Part shown: piece by piece, positions 12,321 through 25,003 of the stretch
Numbering within the stretch: the stretch's first letter is position 1
Layout of the letters: each line of letters begins with the position of its first letter
From: Fimicolochytrium jonesii
Taxonomy: Eukaryota
NCBI RefSeq assembly: GCF_025526975.1
Contig: NW_026515669.1
Location: forward strand, 1,364,001-1,428,000
DNA length: 64,000 bases
Reading direction: 5' to 3'
Notes under the pieces: generated by a model
What the model was told of the DNA's origin: nothing
The model's database searches: none
The model's input: only the letters and a program-made list of their open reading frames with translations
Made by a program: the position numbers and the translations under genes

Positions 12321-14865
12321 AACAGTCGTGGCTTCTATATATGAACTGCCAACATGTCGTGGCAGGTTCGGCCAACGTTAACCTCAAATCACTCCACCAC
12401 CGTCTTAAAATGCTCTCCTACACTGGAACGCCTAAGTAGAACAGCCCAGAGAGGTGTGCCAGCAAAGGGAGCGCACCGAGGGCTTCCAGATCCAAATCAG
12501 CTCCATCAATTTGATGGTGGAGAGAGATGTCGTAGCGAGCGAAGCGAGCGCTCCCGGCTAGTACATAATGAATTGTATACTGTACATGCCTTGCAGCGAA
12601 GTCTGCCATCAACGAAGCGCCTATACCAAATCGTAGGAGCATTTGCATAAAGACCAGGGCAAGGCTCCTCGCCTGGTGCTCACAATCACCATCAACAAAA
12701 TCAGCACACACGAGGGACTGTCCTCATATGGTCAAATCTACTATTCTTCGGGTCGTCGGTGACAGGCAATTTCGGTTGTAGCCGAGACCTTACGGCACCA
12801 AACTAATATTGTCCTCCAATGCGGGCATGCGTTGAAGACAGGTCGTCTATGACTTCCGAATTTCCAATTCAGAGACGGAGCTACAGAGCAGTATGTACGG
12901 TCACTGCTGCCTCAATTCTGGGTAGGGAGTCTGATGTATTGGACAGCCGACAGGTGGAAGGGTTCAGAGATTTATCCATCCGAGTTTAAGGACAATGGGA
13001 GATTTGTTTGACAGCACATGACCTCTTACAATGACGGCGATCGGGACACAAAAGTGACGGCCTAAGGTGACAGCGCGACTGATAACGACCTCCTAATATC
13101 AAAGCGGCCCCATTCAAGGGAAAGTCAGCGTTCTGGACCTGCCTGTGGACATGCACAACCTGCTGCGGCAGAGATCGCAGCATGCACATCGACCCGCAAT
13201 TTTGAGATGAGTGTCCCAACCTTCCCCTGGGTCTGGGTCCATGGGACCGAGGGGCTCAAGCATGACGCACCGGACGCTGGTTCGACAGGCTGTGCGAAAG
13301 CAGCATTTTCAGTGGGATTCGCATGCAACCACGTCTGATGCCAGTGCTTTTTGTGACCGGAATTTGCGATAAAATCGTGACCTTCCTGATGTGTACAGAC
13401 GACGCAGGCCGAGCATCATCTCGATGTATCGCACGTTGGCCGTATGGCAGTCCAGTAACGGCGGGTGACTACGGTGACTATGTTCGAGGGGTAAGGTGTA
13501 CAATTCTATACTGGATGCCCCTTTAAAGGTGCAAAGGATCCCGCGCACCGGGCGGATCGGCCGGCTGTAAGATATCCCGCCGCTGTGGAAAAGAACCTCC
13601 CGACACATTCCAGTCTCCCGCTCAAAAAGAAAGAGATATACGGTGACGCCGTCCGCAGAAGCCCGCCTAAAAAAGTCCTTGTGCGGCTTTCAACAGCCCT
13701 CTGTGCTTTTTCGACTCCGACGTGCATGACGTTCACCTACGCCGCCAGCCGCCAGGCGTATAACCTATAGTAGATTCTATACGCTCTCCCCGATCCTTAC
13801 GCACCTCGTCCTGGGGCTGACCAACCACCTCCGAGGGTTCTTTCTTGGCAGGGCACTGAAGTCAAGCCCCAAGTGGTCAAGCCTGCGCTTATTCCCGACT
13901 CTTTCCACCCGGCACTGCTGCTTTGTAGTGAAGCTTAAGCTTCAACCGTTTAGCAAGGCCACCGCACCAGGATATCGCGGTCACTCGCACGGTTGCCCCT
14001 CGCCACCAGCCCCGGCCTTCATCCTTCGCCATTAGCCGCATTTTAGCCTGAACGCTCTGCTTCACCGAGTCACCAGGTACGCAGCCGACGCTTATTCCTC
14101 GTCCACCTTGTGACGGCAGACTGCGTATGGGAAAAAACGCGTCCCAGCAAACACCAATATTTGTAAAAGGGTTCAGCAGCTCGTGGCCTTTGACTATTTG
14201 CTGTTACTTCGATGGTTTCCGGCGATCGTTTCCTTACCATATTGCATAGCTTCCCCGTTTTCGTTGAGGCGTAAACCCCGCATCGCGGATGCTAACCCAT
14301 TTCGTATTTCTTCCAGCACAGCAACATCGCGGCACCCACTCACCACAACAACACCAGAACTTTCTCGTGTCCCCCAGGACTCTTTTTCGTCTTACTGCTC
14401 GCAACGCCTACCTCCCCTCGCTTCCCTTACCGTAATCGTCTAGAACATTTCCCTTCATACCGTGAGGCGTATCGTACTGTCGGAAGCCGCACGTACAAAT
14501 CCCTCCCGAGTCTCCAAATATCGACCGTGTTCGCGCACAGCCACCACTATACATCAGGACCTGCGACCTTCCCCTTGCCTACGCCTGTACACTTCATCGC
14601 CGTCGTCAGTCGTAAGACCCATTGCCGATCGTCTTCGCCATCCAGCGCAATCCACTTGTCAACGTCGTTCCCCGATTTTCCCACGCATAGTGCGCGCGTT
14701 TTGCCCAATTTCCACCGATTTTCCCACGACTTGATCGTAGCTTCGCACGCACCCTAGCTCGCCGCCGACATACAAGATCGAGCGTTTCCCACGGTCTGCG
14801 ACCCCAGCGAGGTTCATTGTTCGCCGTCCGCGTTGTCCGACACCCAAGCGCTGCCTCAGGTACTG

Positions 14866-16412
14866 ATGCCCATCATGATGTCAAGTGGCGAACATCACGT
14901 CGACCCCGTTGAGAGAGTCACTCGCACGTTCAGGAAGCTGGCAGTCACAGATTCAGACGACGCCGAGGCGATACCCGAACAGTGTCAATCTGATGTCAGC
15001 ACGTTCGAGCATGCAGGCTTCTCACCGTCTTGGTCCTCGGTCTTCGGTGCTGGCGCCGGGAAAGACTTGCGATCAGACCAGGCCTCCGGCGACATTGGCG
15101 GCTCACCGCGGGTGTCGTTGCAGCCTCTCAGTGCATCTATCAACGGAACGCCACCCAATGACATCGCTGTAGGAGCAGAATTTCATCCCGAGTCCGCGAT
15201 TGATCATTCGGAAAAAGAAAATCAACATGACCCCTTCAACAACGAAAATGTCAAACCTCGTACAGACCAACGCCGCGGCGGAAAGCAAGGCTTCGGCGGC
15301 CATGCTCAGACCAACCAGAACAACAGTCGATCTTTCCCTCCAGTGCCGTACTACTACGACCAAGGCGCACAGGGACAGCCGGCGCTTCCGATGGGCTACT
15401 ATCCGTATCCATACGTCGTGCAAGGATATCCCACTTCCGCTCCGTCTGCTTCCGACAGCGGCTCGGCTACACCCGTTCAGCGCAGTCAGCCATTGTCAAC
15501 GATACCGGACGATAGGCAAAGGAGTATACCTGGCACCGAAGAACCCGGAGGAAATCAATTCGTGTCGTCAACCAATTCGTCGCACTCGTCAAGGCGGTCG
15601 ACACCCAGAGTCCAGAATCAACAGTACCCGCAATACCAGCAACCATACTCGACCCCTCAGTTGGCGTATCCAGGAAACCCATACCCTGTTGGAGTACCAA
15701 ATATGACGTTCCCACATCTGTCGTCTCCTCCAATGATGCCGCAGTACCCGTACGCGGCGCCGGGGCCGATGTATCCCGGACAGATGGCCATGTCGCCCGG
15801 CGGACCCAGTTCGATGCAGCCTGGGATGCCGATGCAGAATCAGGGTAGCGATATGGGAATGCAGATGGGTGTCGGAATGGGCAACCCTGGTATGCAGATG
15901 AGCCTGGGAGTTGATCAGTATACGGGAATGCCTATGCCGATGTATTCTCAGGTATGTGGATGCGGTAATGAACTCGTAACTTCCCCAGTGCTCGAGAACG
16001 GCAACAATAACCCGCTTTTTGCCACAGCAGGTCGTCCCAGTTTGTCGATACTTCCAGCAGGGTCGTTGTTGGGCCGGTGCAAACTGTCGTTTCAGCCACT
16101 ATGTTGGCCTTGGACCTTACATCGCAGCGTACCCGGTGAGTTAGGCCTTTTTGACAGCGGCGCGGAGTTGATTACGTGATTGCCAATTTCTGACTTTCTT
16201 GCTCCTCACAGACTTCATCTGGAGGAACCGCATTCACAGCACACCCCGGATCGAACGGGATGCCTCTGCCGGTACCGCCCATGCCTATGCACATGCAGCA
16301 AAACCGTCAGCAACAGGGCATGTCCCAATCCACCACCAAAGAGAAGCCATGCCGCTACTTCGCGCAAGGCAAATGCTGGGCAGGATCGATGTGCCGGTAC
16401 TCGCACGGCTGA
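14866..16412 (+). CDS. Pro/Gln/Met-rich protein with two C-terminal CCCH zinc fingers (3 exons)
   Basis: Exon 1 ends 15951 (GTATGT donor). Exon 2 encodes CRYFQQGRCWAGANCRFSH; exon 3 encodes CRYFAQGKCWAGSMCRYSHG*. Both fit C-x7-C-x5-C-x3-H. Confidence 0.88.
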
Positions 16413-17440
16413 ACTCAACACCAGTTTTGGACTCGGACCCCGTCTTTTTGGGAATAAATAGGTCTAGTTGCGATCTCGGTTATGTTTTCCCCACCCTTTT
16501 GGAAGCCGTTGAGATCTGATTTTCAAGAAGTATCTTGGCGCGAAGGGCTGGTCCTTTCTTCGAGTCGGCGCTACTTGAGGATTCTCCTTTTCCCCTTGGT
16601 TTGTTCTCTTTCTGGTTGTACAAAAACTCTTGGAGCTAGCTTTTCCCCTTTCTCGGAACAGACTTTTGATGTATCTTCCCTTTAAAACCTCGTAGCACAG
16701 TATCTGTTCCCAATTATGTTCTGCGATCTTATTTTCTTGTAATCGCAATTTCCTTTTCCTATTCGCGTTGCTTTTTGGGCTGCAGAACAACTTGACATTT
16801 GGTTTTGCTCTATTACCATATCTATGTCCACCGAAGTCGATGTCAGATGTAGAGGCGCTCTCTGGTGGACGATGCCTTTTCAATCCATTTACACATGGAG
16901 GTGGATTTGGCAAGATATACCACACATGCGGCCATTCTCGACGTTTTTGTTGAGAACCGCTCCCTTCCATTCACATCCCGCATACACCAGAGGCCCTACG
17001 AACAACCATATCATGATGCAGCCCATCGTCTCCAGAATGGATCAAGCAACTCCAACTGTCAAGCAAGAAAGTCTCAGCCCTCCCAAAGTGGGTTTCAAAA
17101 TTTCAATGGTATTCACAACTTGGACGGTTACAGTAGAGCATAAACAATTACAATGACATTCCATCAAGGCCCCAAAAAAGACCCAGCTGAGTTTCCTTCC
17201 TAAATAGGGCTTTCCCCCTCCCTTCGTACAAAATCGAGACCTCGTCCCGCCCATCACAATACATACAGGCACCAACCCTCAGTTGAGCAACAGATCGAAA
17301 GAAATCCCACCCACTAAGCTAGTTCGTGGTCGCCGAAGATGATGGCGTGATGCTTTTGGATTTCGCTTTTTCGTCTCGTTGCTTGTCGTCAGGTTTCAAC
17401 ACTCGTTCTTAGGAAACGAGTGCCGGGGTTGGTGCCGCGG

Positions 17441-17694
17441 CTAACACGGTAGACATCTCCCGATCGCGCGGAATGTGCCGGCGACGCAGTTGCGGATGCC
17501 GTTGACGATGCCCATGAAGCATGATGCGATTGCTGCGAAGATCGTATTTATTCCGTTGGCGATGCTGCTGCCTGATGGTCGAGAAAACGGAAGTGGATCA
17601 GCGGGTGTTCAATAGCGGAAGCACGTAATAGTCGGCCAGAAGTGCATCATATCTACTTACAGATGTTGCCTAGGCAGGAGAATACGGAACCCAT
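17441..17694 (-). CDS. 54-aa spliced microprotein MGSVFSCLGNICSSIANGINTIFAAIASCFMGIVNGIRNCVAGTFRAIGRCLPC; exons 17694-17661 and 17571-17441
   Basis: ACCATGG start context, GTAAGT donor, CTGAT branch-like site, CAG acceptor, 165 nt ending in TAG. MGxxxS myristoylation pattern, nearby Cys, amphipathic helix. Confidence 0.8.
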
Positions 17695-18002
17695 GGTTTA
17701 GCGATGTTGCTGTGTGATATGCGCTAGATTCGCCTTGAGATTTGCAGTACGGTGGGACTGCGTTATGTGGTTGTGTGGTTGGTGTTGGAAGGTTGGTTTG
17801 CTTTTCGATGGAGAAGAAAGCAGGAGGGCTTTGGCGACACCCTGCACGCCTTTTATGTGGTGAGAAGAGCGCCCTTTCCCCTACATCCTAGGGCCAAGGG
17901 CAACAGGGGCAAATCCATCCGAATCATTCCCCTCCCGTTTTTTCTTGGCCTTGGTCGCCTTGCATTAGAAAGGCAACAACAAAAATGGGAATCTACCTCA
18001 TC

Positions 18003-18062
18003 ATGAGTCAGCCAATGACAGCATATCGGCCAAGAAAACTGTCGAATCTAGACCCTGACTCA
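18003..18062. promoter_or_regulatory. Two AP-1/Gcn4-type elements (ATGAGTCA 18003-18010; TGACTCA 18056-18062) plus a CCAAT
   Basis: Exact TGA(C/G)TCA heptamers about 50 bp apart, 310-370 bp upstream of the microprotein start. Confidence 0.5.
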
Positions 18063-19453
18063 TGATGAGGTCATCCTATTGAGCCCGGCACCACGGAATC
18101 TTGGTCACGTTTTGCACCCGCGCGCGCGAAAAAGGATGCATGACGTAGCTTGGCCCTCCAGGCTCCGGGAAAGACACTCGCGGAGTTCGAAAACTGACGT
18201 CGCAAAACGCAAACGATACCGGGTGCGAAGGCACGGAAACGTCCGAAGTAGGCGCTGTGGCGAAAAAGGCCCCATTTTTCGTATATGGCTCAGACGGGTG
18301 GCATACTTTCCTTTCCATCGGACGGTACAAAAACAGAAGCAGGATCTCAAAGCAGAAGTTCTCATTGGTGCACAGGGCTCGACCGAAGGTTGTGGAGGTA
18401 GTCGCAGCCTCAACGCGAAAGTCCGTACGAGAAAGAACCGTGGACTCAAGCCTGCTTTTTCGACGCCTTCAAAGACGTAAGACTTGAATTGATCAGTGGC
18501 ATGCCAGCCTCATTACGGTATGGCAAATGGGTTTAGCGATGCCACCCAAGTGAGGCAGCCTCGATTAGGAGTACTGTATATGTAGGAGATGCAGCACAAG
18601 GTGCAGGAACCATCGGAAACTGGAAACAGCGAGCTGGCTACGAGGAAGCATGTGTGAATATCGTAGAAAATATTTGGGAACCGTTGACGCATGCTTTCCT
18701 TTGATGACGGTCTCAAGTTTTTAGACCTGAATTTGAAGGTCAGTGGCATCGACTTCCGCTTCATTGCGGTATGACGGTTTGGTTTAGCATGCCACTCAAG
18801 AGATGCAGTAGTAGTGTGCGGAGGAGAAGGTGCAGGACAAAACAGCCACTGGCAACTTCGGGGGCGGCGGCTATAATATATACAAGGAAGCCTGTGCAGT
18901 CGCCTTGCGCATTTTTTCCCGGTGACATCCCGACATTGCTGGCGATGGCGTATGCGTTCGTTGTGCACCACGATTGTCTCTGCGATTTGCTTGAAAAACG
19001 AGACCATGACGCTGTGGCTTTCGGGCTTGGGGCCAACGCACAGCAGGAGCTAGCTGCAATCGAAAAAGAGATTAGGCCGCACTCTGCAATGTGCACATGC
19101 ACATGCATGCCTTCGTCCCAATCCTTCAATCCATCAACGGGAGCTAAACCCAAGTCATGTTTCACATATCATTTCGTATTTCAAAGACAAAGCTCACATC
19201 ACCACACAATCGCTTTTAAAATATCGCAGATAAGTATCTCCCCTCCTTCGCAGAAAGGAAAACAGAAAGAACAGCACATCGGGAGTGCATAAAGAATACA
19301 GTCAAACAAATCCCCGCCTACCACCCCTTTTTTTTGTCGTTTTCTAATTTTCTGTTTTTTTCTCCAAGTCTTCCATTTTGTTTCCAGCTCACAAACACCG
19401 ATCTCAACATCATCCTCTCCAAAAAGAAAATTCCAATCCATATGCGTAATCCT

Positions 19454-20587
19454 TCATGCAGCAGTTTCGTAAAGCGCGAGCCTTGCACGAAGTTCGGCCA
19501 TCTCCTTCATCAGCATTCCCTCCTTGGCGTCGCTTTCCTCCCGAAAAGCCTCCAACTCGGCTTTGGCCTGGTCACGTTCGGCTTCCACTTCCTTGACGTG
19601 CGTCTCCAGTTCCGAGAGACGTTCGAGCCTCTTTTGACGGGATCGACGAGCGGCTTCGGTATTCTTTTGACGCTTCATGTCCAGTTCAGCGAGGATGGCA
19701 GCGGCATCTGTCGGACGCTCCTTCCTCTTCCGGCCAGGGCCTGCAGAGGTACGAGGGCGTTCGGCGGGAGCTGCCGCGGCACCCATATCGGCGGCTTTGG
19801 CCTTCGGTACGGCAACAGGAGCCGTTTGAACGGTTTGCGTTTGAGCAAAGTTCTGCAGCTGCTGTTGAAGGTACTTGACGTCCAAACCGGTCGCCGCAGA
19901 AGCAGCGGCAAGAACAGTCGGGTTCAAAGCCAAAGATGCCGCCGTAGGTCCGATGCCACTCAAGAGGGGATGGGCAATCTCGACAGCGGGTGCGACAACC
20001 TCAACGGGAGCAGGCGCAGGCATGATCTGGTGGTTGATGATCTGGTTGTTGATTATCTGTTGCGCTGCCATCTGAGGCTGAAACATCCCTTGCTGCTTCG
20101 TCGGGGACATGAGCGAGGGGAACATGAGGCCGTCGTCTATGCCAGCCCACATGTCCGTCTGCACGGGTACTTCGAACTGAGGCGACGAGAAGTTGCTGGA
20201 GATGGAAGTGACGGGAGAGTCTTGCAACAATCCAGAGAACAAGGGAGAGTTGATGTCGTTGACGTCCGTGAAGGCCGGCGACATCGCAACCTCGCTCACA
20301 GGAGAGGAGGTGGCCATGATGAGCTCGTCGAGGAAGCGCTCGTCCGTCGCCCAATCAGCCGCGCCCATCGTGGGTTGATGGGAATTGGCTTGATAGGGCG
20401 ATGTAGCGAACAAAGCCTCAGGAGCTGAGGTTATGAAGGGGAATGGAAACAGAAGAGTGAGATGGGGGACATATTGCGATGAGTATGGCCTTCGATTGAA
20501 GGAAATCCGTCATCACATACCTGCCAACAGCTGCTCGAAATCCAGGAAGGACTCGGTTTCCAAAACAGACATATTCAAGGTACTCAT
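19454..20587 (-). CDS. GCN4: Gcn4/CpcA-like bZIP transcription factor (intron 20520-20425; alternative start 20572)
   Basis: Basic region KRQKNTEAARRSRQKRLERLSELE plus zipper is diagnostic of Gcn4/Cpc-1. Acidic/hydrophobic N-terminal activation region (SPLF, MW...FPSL). Upstream uORFs present. Confidence 0.88.
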
Positions 20588-20793
20588 ATGGAAAAAAATT
20601 GGATTGGGGATGATGATGAAAGAAGGCGTATCGTTCACAGATGGTTGAAGTGGAAGCGGATGGTCGGGGTCTTCAGACGTGTATCGTTCTATTTTTTTTT
20701 GTTGTTTTCGTATTTTTATTCCGATGTTTAGTTTGTTCTTGTATTTCCCTTCTGACGAAGTTGAGTGATCGAGATACTATTGATATCTGCGAC

Positions 20794-20910
20794 TTATTGC
20801 GATTGCGTGGGAGCGGTGGCTAACGGACACTGTATCGTTGATTCTGTGGTTGACAACGAAGAGTTCAAGGGTGGTTGGGATCCATTTTGGGGGGGTTGCT
20901 GAGGAGCCAT
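20794..20910 (-). promoter_or_regulatory. Two overlapping uORFs in the putative Gcn4 leader: 20910-20794 (38 aa) and 20885-20865 (MDPNHP*)
   Basis: These are the only ATGs between 20588 and 20910 on the minus strand; both have a purine at -3 and G at +4. Confidence 0.65.
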
Positions 20911-21186
20911 GTTGGCGAGGGTTGACGAGAGAGGTTGGGGGGCGAGATTGGGTTTGAGAGAGAGATGGGCGAACGGTTGTGCGCGAGGTTGAGAGTACGA
21001 GAGAGAGGGGGGTGCGTTTAGGCGGACATTGTTGCTAGGCTGTGGGTGTGTAGATTGTGTGTGTGTCTGAGATTTGGGGAAGCGGGGAAAACAGACGGGC
21101 TTGGAGGCATGGGCTTGGTTTTGTATTTCGGCGACTTTCGGACTGCGCGGGGGCGTGGTGATGGGAGAGATGGATGGCCCCATCGG

Positions 21187-21200
21187 CCCCCCCCCCCCCC
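21187..21200. repeat. Poly-C tract (14 nt)
   Basis: Homopolymer read directly, in the Gcn4/Rho1 divergent intergenic region. Confidence 0.9.
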
Positions 21201-23238
21201 TCCAGATCCACATGCATGTGCAATAATTGATGGGATATCAAATCAAGGGTCTGTTCCCGGTGGCACCGCGCCGAGTAACACCCCCATTCAAATTTCACTG
21301 ATCAGGCATCGATCAAGAATGGCCTAACTACAAGCACCGCAAACAGATTAGCGACAAGGGGAAAGTCCAACTTCGGCCCAACTCGAGGCTTCCAAAAGGG
21401 CCAAACGCCGGTAGATATGATAAGGACAATTGGTGCCCCTTTGTCTCGTGGGGCCGTATAGGAATAAAAACCAAAAGCACGTCCGGGAGTCGGGACAGAC
21501 TCGGAACTGTCCCTGCGCAGCGTGGATTCAAATTCAGGGAATTTATCTCATGAATCGTTTCACGGTTTCAAGCATCCGGTTCCCCCACCGAGGTCCGTTT
21601 TTTTAAGTTCGGTGGGGTCCAAAGGCAAAAAGCAGAAGGGAGCATCTTTTGGAGGCTCTTTCTCGTGTATTGTACTGTACACGGCACTACGTTTCAATTG
21701 TTTTACTACTGTAGGCAGATATCCGGGGCGAGCCTGGCAAGGAAGCGATGATTGAGTTATTATAGCATGAGCCACATGTCTCAACTGAATCGACCGAAGA
21801 TATGTCTGACCGGGTCAAATTATATGTATGTATGTAGCTTTGTCGAGTTTACGGCTCCCAAAAGGAAATGGACCATCAAGAAATCGTCGAGGATTCAAGT
21901 CGCTTATACTCACCCTAGGAAGGCTACGAGATCGCACAGGCCCAACCTGTCCAGAGATGTCCTAGCGCCATTTTCCTCACCGAGCCACTTTCTGAATCCT
22001 TTCCCAATAGCATTTGCAACCATGTTTCATTAGTCCCGTCATCACCTGTCGGTTTCCGGCATTCATCCCACCACGTGTTGTTAGGCTGCTGGGCCGGGGT
22101 CAGCAGCGCTGGACATTGGTGGCTTCGTTCCAGTGCTGATTTATCCACTGCGGGTCCCCCGAAGAATTCCAGCTTCAGATGGGTCGTCCTCGGTTGGGTT
22201 GGACTGCCTTTCTTCTAAAGCAGGCTCTGCTTCTGCGTATCAGTTGGCGGTGGATCTTTCCGTACGTGCTCAATTCCTTCCTTGCTTCGTGAGACATATC
22301 GGTTGTCGGCGACAGACGAGAGAACCTTCAACTAACTCGATGGAAAGCCCGTGTGATCACACCGATGCGAACGAATGCCGGATGGTTTCGCTTGCCGCAT
22401 ACAGCGGCGGTTGTTGCATATGAAGTTGGGCACGCCCTAATATTAGGTAATCGCGTCATCATTTGCGCCAACGTGAGAACACGGCGGACGGTGAGCGGCC
22501 CAGACTGCTAGGGAGGCAGGCAGGAGGAAAATAGGCGATGGGATACAAGCCTCTCGTGCGTCCGTCCGTCCGTACTAAGGCCAGGCCGCCCAGAAAGAAA
22601 GAAGCTCGTCTCCTCCCACAGCCGCCCACCAGCCCTCATCACAAACAGAAAAACGACCTGCTCGTAGGCGCTTTCGTCGACGTCGCTACCGCTTAATCCC
22701 TCATCCTTACTCGCGGAGTGTCTTCGAGACCGATTTCGGAATCCATTTCGTGCTGGTCTCCCTCAGTCGCACGAAGCCAGCACCCACAAAAGGTAAGAGC
22801 TTCGATCTCCTTCTTGACGACAAAGGCGCTGTCAAACGGCTAGGCTACCCGAACGTCTACGGACGCGGACCAGCTCCCGACATCCTGCGTAGGCAGAGGC
22901 TGTCCAATCCACGGAATACCTGATGGCTAGGCATCAATACGGAGCCCAGTTCTGGATTAGGCTGCGTGAATTCGGGGTATGACCTGTCAAAAACAGGTCC
23001 TCGTAGGCGCTCTCTTTCCTTTTCTACACCGGACGAGGAGGGGAACAGGAGGCTCTCGAGGATTTGTACGGACGGAGGGGCGGTGGTCCTCAAGGTTCAA
23101 TAAATGCACCTCGAGCGCGTCCCACCAGTCAACTAAGGCCATTTCTCTCTCGTATTTGTTGTTGGTCTAACAGAGGCACTGCAGTCCACTCAGACCTATC
23201 CTCCCCGTTGAGCATATATCAAGTCGAAATCTTTCGAA

Positions 23239-24111
23239 ATGGCCGAGCTCCGCCGTAAACTGGTTATTGTTGGAGACGGTGCTTGCGGAAAGACGTGTCT
23301 GTTGATTGTCTTCTCTAAGGGTACATTCCCTGAGGTATGTGTTCAATCGTTCAGATCCCTGTGGTTGATGGATAGGAACCTTCGACGAGAATCACAACAT
23401 CTTCTTTCAACAAAAGTCCGTAACAGTTCAGGTTTACTAACAACACCATCTTGATTTTTGTCAGGTGTATGTCCCCACTGTCTTTGAGAACTACGTCGCC
23501 GATGTGGAAGTAGATGGAAAGCGTGTAGAGCTGGCGCTCTGGGATACTGCTGGACAGGAAGATTACGACCGTCTACGACCATTGTCATATCCCGACTCCC
23601 ACGTCATCCTCATCTGTTTCGCCATCGACTCCCCAGACTCCCTTGACAACGTGCAAGAGAAGGTATATGTTGCGCGCTTTGAAGACTGGCGTTGGGAATC
23701 AACCTTGTGGCAAAAGATCCCTAACTATTTTTGCAACTTTGCAGTGGATATCCGAGGTATTGCACTTCTGCGCAGGCCTTCCAATCATCTTGGTTGGATG
23801 CAAGAAGGATCTGAGAAACGACCCGAAAACCATCGAGGAGCTCCGCAAAACCCACCAATCCCCAGTTACTCAGGACGAGGTATTGCCGACAATTGCGTCG
23901 TCATTTAGAGTTGGACTAAATACTGAAATCGTGATTTCTTTTTTCATAGGGACACGCCGTCGCCCAGAAGATCTCCGCATGGAAGTACCTCGAATGCAGT
24001 GCTCGGACAAATGAGGGCGTAAGGGAGGTCTTTGAGCACGCCACGCGGGCGGCTCTCACCGTCTCCCGGAAGGTCGGGCGAAACAAGAAGCCCGGCTGCC
24101 AACTCCTCTAA
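23239..24111 (+). CDS. RHO1: Rho1/RhoA small GTPase (4 coding exons; probable 5'UTR intron 22793-23173)
   Basis: [70 protein letters not shown]-terminal CAAX box CQLL*. Confidence 0.98.
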
Positions 24112-25003
24112 TCTGACCACCACCCAACCCACGAACCCTTTCCAACCCCAATCAAAATCAACCTATCATCGTATATTAGCACATGTTTCTCCTCCTCCGT
24201 CTTCGATCTTCAGCGCGCCACTATGCCCTCTCTGCCCTCCCCTCTTTCTTTGTTATCTCTCTTCAACAACAAAAACCTTTACCGCCGTTTCGCCAAATTC
24301 CGTTCACTACCTCGACTTCCGTCCCCGACTTGACCTCTTATTGACCGCCTCATTGCTTCCTGAGAAGGAAAAAGGGAGAGAGGGCAGAGTGGGGAACGGA
24401 TACCATACCAGACGGTTTTCTCACGCCAGCGCGCAGAGTTTTTCTTTTCTTTGGTCGTTGCATTTTCGAAATCGCGCCGCCGAACCGCCCAAATCCTGAG
24501 TTATTCTCGAGCAGGAAGGATATTCTTGGAAGCTCGGAATTGGGCTTTCGATTCTTTGTCTGTTTTTCTTTGTCTTCCCCATTCCCCATTCCCCATTTGT
24601 TTGAGCGTCATATAGAGGGTTTTATTCCCGCCAGTACAGGAATCCCAAAAACCAAACAGTATTCGTTTTTACCTTGTTCAATCGAGATGCACCTCGCTCT
24701 ACGCTGGGTTTCTTTATTTTTCTCGCTTTCTTTCCAACGTCGTCAACGGAATTTTTTACCCACTACCAGAAAAACATGCTCCTTGCTCTCGTACCAACTG
24801 TTCTTTGATTGTACCGTCTCATACACATCGTTATCAATCCACGGAATGTTCATAGAGTTCCCGATGGAGCGGTTTGAACCACTAAAGTCTGATTCAACAT
24901 GTGCTTTCCAAGAATGTTGTCCCCAAATCATACGTTCCCACTTGAATGGCATTCTCAGCTTCCCATGGTGACGGCCGCACGAAACCGGGGCCATCCCCCC
25001 GTC

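Noticed and set aside
19334..20428. 364-aa ORF antisense to the Gcn4-like gene (similar shadows lie over PTR2, CYS3 and WNK)
   Set aside because: Antisense shadow produced by strong codon bias on the coding strand.
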